64,000 nt of DNA from Smithella sp. M82 (GCA_001683985.1 MAEO01000126.1:1308-65307), one strand, 5' to 3'. Shown: positions 16,798 to 26,323, counted from the stretch's first letter. Notes: generated by a model not told the origin, from the sequence alone. Made by a program: numbers and translations.

Positions 16798-18504
16798 TTA
16801 AGACATAACCGCGGAAGCCGCTTCTTCCAAAGTTGTAATTCCCTGCATCACTTTTTGGGCGGAATCATCTCTCAGTGTTTTCAATTTTCCGGCAGCTACC
16901 GCAGCGCGTGTAATTTCCTGACTAGAGCTCTGTTTGATAATCATGTCCTGAATCATTTCGTCATTGACCAAAACTTCAAAAATGCCGGTTCTTCCCTTAT
17001 ATCCGGTATTTCTGCAACTATTACAGCCTCTGCCCCGCTGAAAATTGGCATTGGCCGCCTGTTCCGGCGTGATTCCCAAAGCAGCCAGAGCCTTTGCCGG
17101 CGGATTATAACGCTCTTTACAATACGGACAGATGGTGCGCACCAACCGTTGAGCAAAAGAAACTATCAAAACAGACGACACCAGGTAAGGTTCGATGCCC
17201 ATATCAATAAATCGAGTTATAACTCCTGCGGCATCATTAGTATGCACTGTGCTTAGAACTCTATGTCCGGTCTCTGCCGCCTGCATGGCTACGGCGGCTG
17301 TTTCCGCATCTCTGATTTCGCCGACCATAATTACATCCGGATCCTGACGAAGTATCGAACGCAAACCGCCGGCAAAGGTCATTCCCGCTTTACGGTTCAA
17401 CTGCACCTGGCGTATATCATTGATTCTATATTCTACCGGATCTTCCAGGGTTATTATATTTATGTCCGGTTTGTTTATTGAACTCAATATTGCGTAAAGA
17501 CTGGTGCTCTTGCCGCTTCCCGTAGGCCCTGTGCTTAAAATCATTCCGTATGGTTTATTGGCCATGGCTTCTATTTTGGCCATGTCTTCTTCGGTCATGC
17601 CCAAACGATCAAGCGTATAAAAACCGGCGCCCATATCCAACAGACGCATGACAATATTTTCTCCGTAAATTGTGGGAATTGAAGATACTCTGACGTTTAT
17701 TTCCTTCTTTTCTATCTTGAGAGTAAATCGTCCGTCCTGAGGGATTCTGGAAACAGTAATGTCCATGTTGGCAATAATCTTCACGCGGGCAATGATGGAT
17801 AAGAATATTGACTTGGGCGGCGAGGGCATTTCTATCAATTTGCCGTCAATACGATAACGCAACTGCACTGTATTCTGCTGCGGACTGATATGGATATCGC
17901 TGGCATTATCACGGACAGCCTGAGCAAAAATGGAATTGGTCAGACGAATAATCAGCGCTTCTCCCGCCATATCCTGCAACGATGCGATTTGGATTTCTTC
18001 TTTATTTTCCGGCTCTTCATCCTCGCCCCTGGATTCTATTTCCATGGTTCCCATAATATTGCCCAGATCGGACTGCATGCCATACATACTATTTATAAGC
18101 TGATTGATTTCCACTTCCGTACAAATTACCGGCTCAACTTCCAGGTCGGTTAATTTTTCAAGAGAATCCAAAATTTGTATATCCAGAGGATCGACAATTG
18201 CAACGGTCAAAAGTTTGCCTTTCAATTTTAAAGGAACCACCTGATTTTTTTGCGCGATTTCAATCGGTATATATCGAACCAGCTCCAGATCCAGCGGAAA
18301 ATCATTGAGCTGATATTTCCTTATGTTGAGTTGATCGCTGATCAAATCTATTATTTGTTTTTCCTGAACCAGTCCCTGGCGGATTAAATACTGACCAAGC
18401 TTCAAATCTGTCTTCTTTTGATTTTCCAATGCCTGTTCGAGCTTTTTCTCGGTCAAAATTCCGCTTTTAACCAGTAGTTCACCCAGACGTCTTTTATCTT
18501 TCAT
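16798..18504 (-). CDS. mshE: Type IV pilus assembly ATPase (GspE/PilB family) with MshEN-type N-terminal domain
   Basis: Walker A GPTGSGKST, Asp/His boxes and a tetracysteine CPYC..CNSC are present. The N-terminus carries two 24-aa RLGxxLVxxGILxxxxLxxALxxQ-type motifs separated by 5 aa. Confidence 0.9.
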   Translation of the reverse strand: MKDKRRLGELLVKSGILTEKKLEQALENQKKTDLKLGQYLIRQGLVQEKQIIDLISDQLNIRKYQLNDFPLDLELVRYIPIEIAQKNQVVPLKLKGKLLTVAIVDPLDIQILDSLEKLTDLEVEPVICTEVEINQLINSMYGMQSDLGNIMGTMEIESRGEDEEPENKEEIQIASLQDMAGEALIIRLTNSIFAQAVRDNASDIHISPQQNTVQLRYRIDGKLIEMPSPPKSIFLSIIARVKIIANMDITVSRIPQDGRFTLKIEKKEINVRVSSIPTIYGENIVMRLLDMGAGFYTLDRLGMTEEDMAKIEAMANKPYGMILSTGPTGSGKSTSLYAILSSINKPDINIITLEDPVEYRINDIRQVQLNRKAGMTFAGGLRSILRQDPDVIMVGEIRDAETAAVAMQAAETGHRVLSTVHTNDAAGVITRFIDMGIEPYLVSSVLIVSFAQRLVRTICPYCKERYNPPAKALAALGITPEQAANANFQRGRGCNSCRNTGYKGRTGIFEVLVNDEMIQDMIIKQSSSQEITRAAVAAGKLKTLRDDSAQKVMQGITTLEEAASAVMS

Positions 18505-18528
18505 TTATCCTCCGGACAACTTAAAACC

Positions 18529-20079
18529 TCAACGCTGCAACTTACGGCGATTAAAAAAAACTGTGTCTGCATCCCATTGAGATAATATTTTTGTTTTTTC
18601 AGCAGCCGGCGGCGGCAGCTTGCCGATTGCTTCCTGTGCCGCGCGAATATCCCGGAAACATTTATCAATTACAATCGCAAAATTAATGCCGTCTTTTTTA
18701 TTCCAAAAGGAAAAGAAAACCACCGCAGGCATCTTTTGCCGAAAAGAATCATCTTGAAAAACATTATACACTATTTCCAAATCTTTTCCACTTTCCACAG
18801 CAGCAATTATATCGCCATCAGTTATCGGTTTTATATCTGCAGGAATCAAGGGCAGCTCTATTTTTTCTCCCTCAACAATTATATTTTTATTCTTGATATG
18901 AGGATTCGCTGCAGTTAATGCGTTGATTATTTCCGGCCTTGCCTCGCCATATATATTATACGCTGTCCACCAAAGAGTTCGTCTTTTTGTCATTGTTAAC
19001 TTTCCAAGACACTCAGGCATTATCCAATTCTTTTTTTCATCCTGTTGAGTACTTACTTTACCGGTAGATACAAATACTGGATCTGTTTTTTCAGCATTCG
19101 AAGTCATTGGAATAGCTAAGGTTCCGGCTAATTGCTTATGCCCCGCTGTATATTGGCGCTGAAATACAATTGCTCCCAGCGAAAGGCTCACTATAATAAC
19201 AACAGAAACACTCCCCAACGCCCACTTCAACATTCTTAATGATGGCGTTGCCATATCATTAATACAGCTTCTGACCATAAACCAGCCGGCTTTATTCTTT
19301 TGACGAATGATCATTGTTAAGACTACCTGATGACAAAGAATAACCACTTTGCGCGGATAGCCGCCAGTCGCCAGATAAACAGCTACAAGCCCCCCAAAAG
19401 TAAACAAAGACGGCGCCGTTTCATTATCCCGGGCGACACGGAGACGATGATTGATCATTGCCCGCATTTGTTTGAAACTCAAAGGTTGAAGATGATAGAG
19501 AAGATTAACTCTATCAAGAAGATTAGGATGCTTTTTAAGAATCGTTTGGAATTCTTTTTGCGCAAAGATTATTATCTGCAGCAGCTTAAAGTTATTTGTT
19601 TCATAATTAAGAAATTCACGCAAAATTTCCAGGCAATTCTCCGGAATTTTTTGTCCTTCGTCAATAATCAGAACAATTATTTTTTTTTCATCTACTCCTT
19701 TGTCAAAAAGATAATTTTTAATTCTTTCTTTTAAATGCCATTCACTTTCAAAATTATTCAGATCTTTAATTCCCAGCATCAAGGCAACAGTCTGCAGGAA
19801 TTCAACAACGCTGTTAAATGCCGGATCAAGCAAAAGGTGAGTTTCAATTTCTGCAGAATCTGCCGTAACAGAAGAGAAATTCCGGATAAGTTTCCTGCAC
19901 AAAGTGGTTTTGCCGGCGCCAATGTCTCCTATTACGACATTAATGCCACGGCGCAGACGAACAGCCAACTCCAGCTTTTGCAGGCAGCTTGTCTGTTGTG
20001 GCAACTGAAAAAGAAATTCCGGTTCCGGCGAGTTGGAAAATGGCTCCTTCTTAAAATTGAGAATATTGTAATAATCCAT
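18529..20079 (-). CDS. mshM: ExeA/MshM-like AAA ATPase with TM helix and C-terminal LysM-like region
   Basis: Walker A reads VIGDIGAGKTTL and Walker B reads IIVLIIDEGQ. A mid-protein TM helix (WALGSVSVVIIVSLSLGAIVF) is followed by the C-terminal ..YNIYGEARPEIINALTAANPHIKNKNIIVEGEKIELPLIP, which is LysM-like. The position between the secretin and ATPase genes matches mshM. Confidence 0.75.
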   Translation of the reverse strand: MDYYNILNFKKEPFSNSPEPEFLFQLPQQTSCLQKLELAVRLRRGINVVIGDIGAGKTTLCRKLIRNFSSVTADSAEIETHLLLDPAFNSVVEFLQTVALMLGIKDLNNFESEWHLKERIKNYLFDKGVDEKKIIVLIIDEGQKIPENCLEILREFLNYETNNFKLLQIIIFAQKEFQTILKKHPNLLDRVNLLYHLQPLSFKQMRAMINHRLRVARDNETAPSLFTFGGLVAVYLATGGYPRKVVILCHQVVLTMIIRQKNKAGWFMVRSCINDMATPSLRMLKWALGSVSVVIIVSLSLGAIVFQRQYTAGHKQLAGTLAIPMTSNAEKTDPVFVSTGKVSTQQDEKKNWIMPECLGKLTMTKRRTLWWTAYNIYGEARPEIINALTAANPHIKNKNIIVEGEKIELPLIPADIKPITDGDIIAAVESGKDLEIVYNVFQDDSFRQKMPAVVFFSFWNKKDGINFAIVIDKCFRDIRAAQEAIGKLPPPAAEKTKILSQWDADTVFFNRRKLQR

Positions 20080-20115
20080 TTTTAGACGCCATCTTGATAT
20101 TTAATACGCTATTGC

Positions 20116-21672
20116 TTACTTTACAACCGGCAATATATGAGGGGTAATAAATATAAGAACCTCTTCCATTTTATCGCTTTTACTATCAGACTTAAAAGCC
20201 CAGCCCAATATAGGAAGATCTTTTAACCAGGGAACACCGTTGCCGGCATCGGATTTTGTTTGCTTGGTTAATCCTGAAATAACGATTGTTTCACCATCTT
20301 CAACAATTAATATCGTTTTTGTTTGCTTCTTGATAATATAAGGGTCTCCCAACGATGATTTTCGTGTCATATCCACTTCATCTTTTTTGACTGTAATCTC
20401 CATTTTCAAATTTTTGCCGTCAATGACATGGGGCTTAATTTGTAAACGCAACAGAACATCTTCAAAATTTGTGGTTTGAGTAGGCGCGCTGCCCTGAGAT
20501 GTCTCGAGTGTTACAAAAGGAACTCTTTCACCATTTTCGGTGAAGGCTTCCTGATTATCCAAAGTTGTGATAGATGGACTGGATAAGATATTTAATTTAT
20601 TGTCCTGTTGAAGCGCCTGGAGTTGCACTTCCAGAAAATTTCCGTCGGTTTTCCCGAACAATAAACCTAAAGAGCCGGCGGCTGTGCTTGTTAAATTATT
20701 CGCTTGAAAATTCAACCCTAAAGGAGCGCCTCCGACACCAAAAGGCCCATTGGCGATTGGATTAATTTCAGATGTCGAAGTTGTTCTGGTTCCGCCTCCT
20801 GATACTATAACATTATTTCCGGCAAGATTAGATCCTTTATTATATCCTCCCCACATAATTCCCAAATCACGGGCAACGCCCTTGGTTGTTTCCACGATAT
20901 TGGCTTTAATTAAAATCTGTGGTGTTGGTTTATCCAATTTTTCAATAACGGGCATTATCTTGGTCAGATCATCACGCAAAGCGGAAATAACCAGAGAATT
21001 GGTGTGTTCATCAACTTTAATTGAACCTCGCGGTTTATTATCCTTATCTTTGGTAAGTAAATCCTGAACTGTTTCTGCAAGCTTTTTGGTATCGGCATAG
21101 TTTATATTTACCACTACCGGATCCAAAAGAGACTCCACCCATTGGGTATCGCGCAGCTGCTGTTTTCTTTCTAAATCCAGTTTAACGTCTTCACTGGTCA
21201 GCACTCTGATTACATTGCCCTCCCATATATAAGATAAATTATAGGTGCGCAACAAACCGGTAAACGCCGAATCCCAGGGAACTCCACGAAAATCAACGCT
21301 AATTTCACCTTTCAACTCATCCTTAACCAGGATGTTCAAGTTGACAGATTTCGCCATAGCCCGCAGCACTGCTTTGAGCTCAGCCTGCCGCATAGTCAGA
21401 TTAATTCGATCAGTAGGTAATTTTCTTACTGTTGCTTCAGCTACGGGTATGGACGCCTGTTTTGCAGTAACAGAAATTTTCTTGGGTTCGGCGGAGGGAG
21501 AGTGGCCTTGCGATTTTTCGGCTAAAGTAGTCCATTTATCAAAGAAAGAATCCCTCTTCTCACTTTTAAGTCCATCAGCGCAGCCGAACAAAAATATCAG
21601 TGCGAAAAAAGCGAGATTTAATATAATGATTTTTTTATTTCTTGCAGAGTATTTCAAATCGCCAACCTCCAA
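20116..21672 (-). CDS. mshL: Type IV pilus secretin (PilQ/MshL family), lipoprotein-type N-terminus
   Basis: Lipobox LFGC. The secretin C-domain pattern reads ..LNILSSPSITTLDNQEA.. and ..VPWLKDLPILGWAFKS..EEVLIFITPHIL. Confidence 0.9.
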   Translation of the reverse strand: MEVGDLKYSARNKKIIILNLAFFALIFLFGCADGLKSEKRDSFFDKWTTLAEKSQGHSPSAEPKKISVTAKQASIPVAEATVRKLPTDRINLTMRQAELKAVLRAMAKSVNLNILVKDELKGEISVDFRGVPWDSAFTGLLRTYNLSYIWEGNVIRVLTSEDVKLDLERKQQLRDTQWVESLLDPVVVNINYADTKKLAETVQDLLTKDKDNKPRGSIKVDEHTNSLVISALRDDLTKIMPVIEKLDKPTPQILIKANIVETTKGVARDLGIMWGGYNKGSNLAGNNVIVSGGGTRTTSTSEINPIANGPFGVGGAPLGLNFQANNLTSTAAGSLGLLFGKTDGNFLEVQLQALQQDNKLNILSSPSITTLDNQEAFTENGERVPFVTLETSQGSAPTQTTNFEDVLLRLQIKPHVIDGKNLKMEITVKKDEVDMTRKSSLGDPYIIKKQTKTILIVEDGETIVISGLTKQTKSDAGNGVPWLKDLPILGWAFKSDSKSDKMEEVLIFITPHILPVVK

Positions 21673-21681
21673 TGGAATTTT

Positions 21682-22182
21682 TTATTCTTGCAGGGGAATT
21701 TCTTCTCTGTCTCCGGTATTTTTATTAAAGATAATAACTTTAGAAGGCGTAATCTGCCTTAAGAAGTACCCTTCCATTTCTAATTGTTCCCCTATCCTGT
21801 ATTCCAAACCGTTAATAATGGCCATTTTATTTTTTCCGGAATCCACATAACCGGAATAAATTATTTTGGCTGTGACACTGCCTTTGTCAGCATTTTCTTT
21901 CGCCGCCCACTCTTTATACAGATCTCTCTTCCAGAAAGGATCTTTATTCCAATCAGATTCTATTTTTTTAACCACATACATATCAAAATCAGTTAACTTA
22001 TCTTTGCTTAATTCATTTGTCAGTTCGCTCAACGAAGTATTTTTTTTCGCAGAATCAACATTAGCGCTTGTTTGGACTTTTTTATCCGCCGGACGGGCAA
22101 TCAAGAATTCATAACCTGCATATAAAACAAATAAACCGGCTATTGCTAAAATTATGATTTCCCGTTTTTTTAATTTACCCAT
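21682..22182 (-). CDS. MshK/PilP-position pilus biogenesis protein
   Basis: 166 aa with an N-terminal TM helix. The C-terminal IIYSGYVDSGKNKMAIINGLEYRIGEQLEMEGYFLRQITPSKVII resembles the GspB/MshK-type beta domain. The call is mainly positional. Confidence 0.45.
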   Translation of the reverse strand: MGKLKKREIIILAIAGLFVLYAGYEFLIARPADKKVQTSANVDSAKKNTSLSELTNELSKDKLTDFDMYVVKKIESDWNKDPFWKRDLYKEWAAKENADKGSVTAKIIYSGYVDSGKNKMAIINGLEYRIGEQLEMEGYFLRQITPSKVIIFNKNTGDREEIPLQE

Positions 22183-22202
22183 AAATACTCTATGCCACTC
22201 TG

Positions 22203-22751
22203 CTACTTAACAGCTATCCGGATTTTCATTTTAAATTCCATAGAATAAGGTTGCTGCTGAACATTAATCTCCTCTATTCTATCCAAATAAGGAACAGATC
22301 CCAATCCGATCAACATTTTCCGAAAATCGGCGAATTCTCCTTTCAACACGACGTTATGTAAAAAGGATGTGGAAGAACCAGCCAATGTGCTTAAATCCGG
22401 TGTAAATGACATTATGGTTAATCCTGCCTTTCCCGCTATTGCCCGGAAATCATCCTGAAACTTCCCCGCTTCCGAGCGGGGTATTGTTGTTTTCTCAGGA
22501 CTGGGAAAAAGACGCACTGTTTTATCATCAGCGCTTTTGAGCAAATTTAAATACACCGGCCCCAGTTCTTTTTGTTCTTCAATTTTATATTTCAATTCCT
22601 GATTCTCTTTATTCAGAGAAGAATTATATTTATACAAAGGGAAAATTCCCACGAGAACAATAAGGAATATAATGCCGCCATAAATTACCAGATACCAGAA
22701 ATTTTTCGGATCTACGTTAATATTCAATCCTTTAATATTCAACTTCTTCAT
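22203..22751 (-). CDS. PilO/MshJ-like pilus assembly protein
   Basis: 182 aa with an N-terminal TM helix followed by a coiled-coil (NKENQELKYKIEEQKEL). It sits between the pilMN-like and secretin genes. Confidence 0.55.
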   Translation of the reverse strand: MKKLNIKGLNINVDPKNFWYLVIYGGIIFLIVLVGIFPLYKYNSSLNKENQELKYKIEEQKELGPVYLNLLKSADDKTVRLFPSPEKTTIPRSEAGKFQDDFRAIAGKAGLTIMSFTPDLSTLAGSSTSFLHNVVLKGEFADFRKMLIGLGSVPYLDRIEEINVQQQPYSMEFKMKIRIAVK

Positions 22752-22756
22752 CGTGG

Positions 22757-24637
22757 CTAACCTATTTTAGCGCTCAAAATAAAATGCAGGATTTCATTTT
22801 TCTTAAAAGTGACAATGCTGTTTTTTTGTATCGATACATGACTCAACATCGGTGAATTTTCCAGTTTCATCACATACCGGGATAAATTTGAATCGAGCAT
22901 ATTTCTCGGTCCTGAAATAACTCCCTGAATTATAACCTCTGTGCCTTTATCGGCTTCCTTTGATGCTTTATCATCGGTTTTGGGCAAAGCTTTTTCTTCG
23001 GCTATTTTAAGACCGATTAGATGAATATCGGGTGATGTAATATCAGATACTTCTCCAATCACCGCCATTCCCGAATACCTATGAACATATTGACGGGCGA
23101 TTTTTCTTTTCATCTTCACTTCGTCGGCTATCTTAGAAACTTTATCAACCGACAAAAGCGGATTTAAAAGCGCCAAATCCTTCCTCAGTTTTTCCTGTTG
23201 TTTTGCAGCAGAATTTATTTGGAAGCCTTGATAGACTATTAAGAGAAGACAAGCAAACAGAGCTGCCAGAAAGGACAAGAAAGTTATTTTATTGATTCTT
23301 TTTATATTTATTTCCTTATCTTTTTCATAATAAGTAAAAACAGCATTAGGAGTATGTTTATTGTCCGACAAGGAAAGACCAAGGGCAGGAGCCAGAAATA
23401 TTCTCTCAGAAATATTTAAAGACTTGACAGAAGACGGAACCGTCTGCTGCCGGAAAGGGTCAAAGAACTCTGTCTTTATTTCCAGTTGATCACTTAAGTA
23501 GTCCCGAATAGAATTATAAACATTAATCGACGATAATATGTAAATTTTTTCAATTTTTTTATTTTCGCCGGCAGATGTGTAATGTTTCAACGTCATATCT
23601 ACCTGGCGAGCCAATCTTTCCCATACCGGAAAAATCATCTCCAATATCTCTTCTTTTTTAAAATCGTAACCGAAATCTGTATTTTTTAGTTTTTCCGAAT
23701 CCGGACTAAGACTGCATAGAATTTTTTTTGCTTCATCATTTCTTAATCTTACATTTCCTGTTTTTTCCAGGACGGACTCGATAATTGCTTCCACCATGCT
23801 GCTGTTGCCGGTCTTGACGCTGCGGGTCATTACCAGATTTTCTTTATTGAAAACATCGATACGGGAAAAATCATTGCCGATAAACAAACTGACAAACACC
23901 TCTTTAATCGCCGGCATCCATCCGGATCGAAAAATATTTTGTATTGCAAATGAAATTATTGTAATTCCGGCAAGAGTTATTCCGATATCAGAAAACAAAG
24001 TTTTAATTTTTTCAATTTCCGCTTTGGGCGCGGTATAAACCATAACGGAATATTTGGGGTTAACTTTTTCAACTATCTCATTTTGTATTTCAAAATCAAA
24101 AACCGATTTTTCATCATCAATGTAACCTTCTTTTTTCGCCGTCCAATATACTACATTTCCCAGTTGTTTTTTGGGCACACGCGGAACTTTAAGGTAATAG
24201 ACGTTAACCTCGCTTGTCGATACATTTGTCCAGATATCACAATTCGCCGGCGAACCGCAAAAAGCAGCCAAAGAAGATTTTAAAAGCGCAATGAACTCCG
24301 ATGAATCTTTAGATATCTGAGGACCGAACTTGACGATTCTCTGATCAACTAAAACCGACTTGTCGCCAAGACCTTTGACAGTCTTAACCAGGCGAATAAA
24401 TTCCCTGCCGATATCAACACCGACTGTATAATTTTTTTTATTAGAAAATCGTTTGGGGAAAGTTAATTTGATTTTTTTTAGCGGCTTTTTTCCGGAAAAA
24501 GCCGCTTCCGGTCTTTGCAATGATGTAAAAGATTTTTCATCTTTTTTGCGTATAGCATTAAGAAGTTTTTCCGTTGAGTTTATATCTTTATTTATCTCCG
24601 ACAATAAAAACCCCCTATCATTTTGATTTTTTATCAA
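22757..24637 (-). CDS. PilM-PilN fusion-type pilus assembly protein (MshI-like)
   Basis: 626 aa. The actin-like ATPase fold signature (YTVGVDIGREFIRLV..) is followed by a TM helix (ITFLSFLAALFACLLLIVY) and a PilN-like periplasmic part. The TTG start at 24637 is uncertain. Confidence 0.7.
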   Translation of the reverse strand: MIKNQNDRGFLLSEINKDINSTEKLLNAIRKKDEKSFTSLQRPEAAFSGKKPLKKIKLTFPKRFSNKKNYTVGVDIGREFIRLVKTVKGLGDKSVLVDQRIVKFGPQISKDSSEFIALLKSSLAAFCGSPANCDIWTNVSTSEVNVYYLKVPRVPKKQLGNVVYWTAKKEGYIDDEKSVFDFEIQNEIVEKVNPKYSVMVYTAPKAEIEKIKTLFSDIGITLAGITIISFAIQNIFRSGWMPAIKEVFVSLFIGNDFSRIDVFNKENLVMTRSVKTGNSSMVEAIIESVLEKTGNVRLRNDEAKKILCSLSPDSEKLKNTDFGYDFKKEEILEMIFPVWERLARQVDMTLKHYTSAGENKKIEKIYILSSINVYNSIRDYLSDQLEIKTEFFDPFRQQTVPSSVKSLNISERIFLAPALGLSLSDNKHTPNAVFTYYEKDKEINIKRINKITFLSFLAALFACLLLIVYQGFQINSAAKQQEKLRKDLALLNPLLSVDKVSKIADEVKMKRKIARQYVHRYSGMAVIGEVSDITSPDIHLIGLKIAEEKALPKTDDKASKEADKGTEVIIQGVISGPRNMLDSNLSRYVMKLENSPMLSHVSIQKNSIVTFKKNEILHFILSAKIG

Positions 24638-24769
24638 TCTTTTTATATTGTTGCAAGAAAATAATACATACTTTTTACATTATTGCAAGGAAATAATATG
24701 ATATTTCTTAAAGATGTTTCGGATGAAATAGTTTAATTAAAGGTCTTGAATGATTATCGGGTTTTTGTT

Positions 24770-24960
24770 ATGAACCCACATGGCGGTATCCGTCACAAAG
24801 GAGCATGAAAATCCCCCCTCACCCCCCTTTAGAAAAGGGGGGATGCCCTCTTTGCCCAAGAGGGGAACTTCCCCCTTTAGAAAAGGGGGATTGAGGGGGA
24901 TTTGATGAGGATAGTTTTTAAATAACAATATAAACAATAACTTAGATGTGTATTTTCGAG
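24770..24960 (-). repeat. Modular hairpin repeat, copy R5 (full length, 2 hairpin-A modules + hairpin B)
   Basis: The reverse complement aligns end-to-end with R6 and R1 (ctcgaaaatacacatctaagttattgtttatattgttatttaaaaactatcc ... ccgccatgtgggttcat). Confidence 0.85.
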
Positions 24961-25009
24961 TAAAAACATTACTTTTTAAAAAATATATTGATTTAATTAA
25001 TTGTATGTT

Positions 25010-26323
25010 ATGATCAAAAAACGTTTTTCTTCTTACGGCACAATACTATTTTTTCTATTTTTGTTGTGCCCGATAACGGCGTCCACAAATATTCCTGTCG
25101 GCGACGAAAAAATACCGGATTCAATAATTTCCCTGTCTTCCGGTTACGCTATTGTCGTTGATAAACAGCATCAAAAGATATATGTTTTTCAAAAGAACGG
25201 AACATTCTCCAAAGTATTTGAAGCTCCTTGCTCCACCGGACAAAATCCCGGCTCCAAACAGGCTGCCGGCGACAAAAAAACTCCCAATGGAATCTTTTTC
25301 GTGACAAAAATGCTGACAAACCCCGGCCCTCCCGAAATTTACGGTTCTATGGCTTTTTCTTTGGATTATCCGACTATTTCAGATCAAAGAGCAGGCAGAG
25401 ACGGTAATAATATCTGGATTCATGGCACCACAAAAACACTCCTGCCCACACAATCAAAAGGCTGTGTGGTCCTGCATGATAACGATCTCAAACGTCTTGC
25501 CAAATTCATTTATATTAACAAAACACCTGTCGTCATCTCAGAGTTTATAAAATGGGCGCCTCAGGATAAGATTCCACCATTAAAAAACGAATTGGAAAGA
25601 ATTTTAACATCATGGCATAAGGCTTTTGTCAAGAAAGATATTAAAGCAATCGATTCCCTTTATGCACCAGGGTCAGAAATCAAGGGCAAGAGACGTGAAG
25701 ATCTCAACCACAAAATTAAATGTCTGACAAATCTGGATCAACATTTTCTTTTGGAGCCAAGAGATGTATCCATTTTGCAGAAAAATAACAATGCAGTAAT
25801 TATTTTTGATCAGATTTATGCAGTTAACAGCAATAATTATTCTTTTCAGGGATTTTATAATAAACTGATTTTAGAAAAGATTAATAATAAATGGTACGTT
25901 ACCGATGACGCCACGCCGCCGCCAACGGTCAATAAAAATCTGGCTCAGGTAAGCAGTAAACAAACCGAAGATAAATCAAACTCCCAAGAGAAAGAGGCTA
26001 TAGAAAATTTGGTCAATAAATGGCTGTCCAACTGGAAATATGGAAAGATGAGAACTTACCGCAGTTGTTATGCGCCGGATTTCCAATCAAGGGGAATGAA
26101 CTTAAGCGACTGGGTTTCTTATAAAACTACGATACGCCAGAAAAGCGAAAATATTAGTATTCGCATTGACAAACTGCAAATATCAGTAAACAATGATACG
26201 GCCAGAGCTTCATTTATTCAGCATTACAGTTCATCATTGATCAACAGCAAGGGCAAGAAGACCCTTGAACTTAAAAAAATAGGTGATGAATGGAAGATAT
26301 ATAGAGAACTTATGAATAATTAA
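25010..26323 (+). CDS. Secreted L,D-transpeptidase (YkuD) with two NTF2-like-looking C-terminal modules
   Basis: A signal-like N-terminus is followed by the YkuD motif IWIHGTTKTLLPTQSKGCVVL (His..Gly-Cys). aa 338-438 form the module shared with 26403..27878 and 35507..37417. In-frame ATG at 25010 is preferred over TTG at 25001. Confidence 0.8.
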   Translation: MIKKRFSSYGTILFFLFLLCPITASTNIPVGDEKIPDSIISLSSGYAIVVDKQHQKIYVFQKNGTFSKVFEAPCSTGQNPGSKQAAGDKKTPNGIFFVTKMLTNPGPPEIYGSMAFSLDYPTISDQRAGRDGNNIWIHGTTKTLLPTQSKGCVVLHDNDLKRLAKFIYINKTPVVISEFIKWAPQDKIPPLKNELERILTSWHKAFVKKDIKAIDSLYAPGSEIKGKRREDLNHKIKCLTNLDQHFLLEPRDVSILQKNNNAVIIFDQIYAVNSNNYSFQGFYNKLILEKINNKWYVTDDATPPPTVNKNLAQVSSKQTEDKSNSQEKEAIENLVNKWLSNWKYGKMRTYRSCYAPDFQSRGMNLSDWVSYKTTIRQKSENISIRIDKLQISVNNDTARASFIQHYSSSLINSKGKKTLELKKIGDEWKIYRELMNN

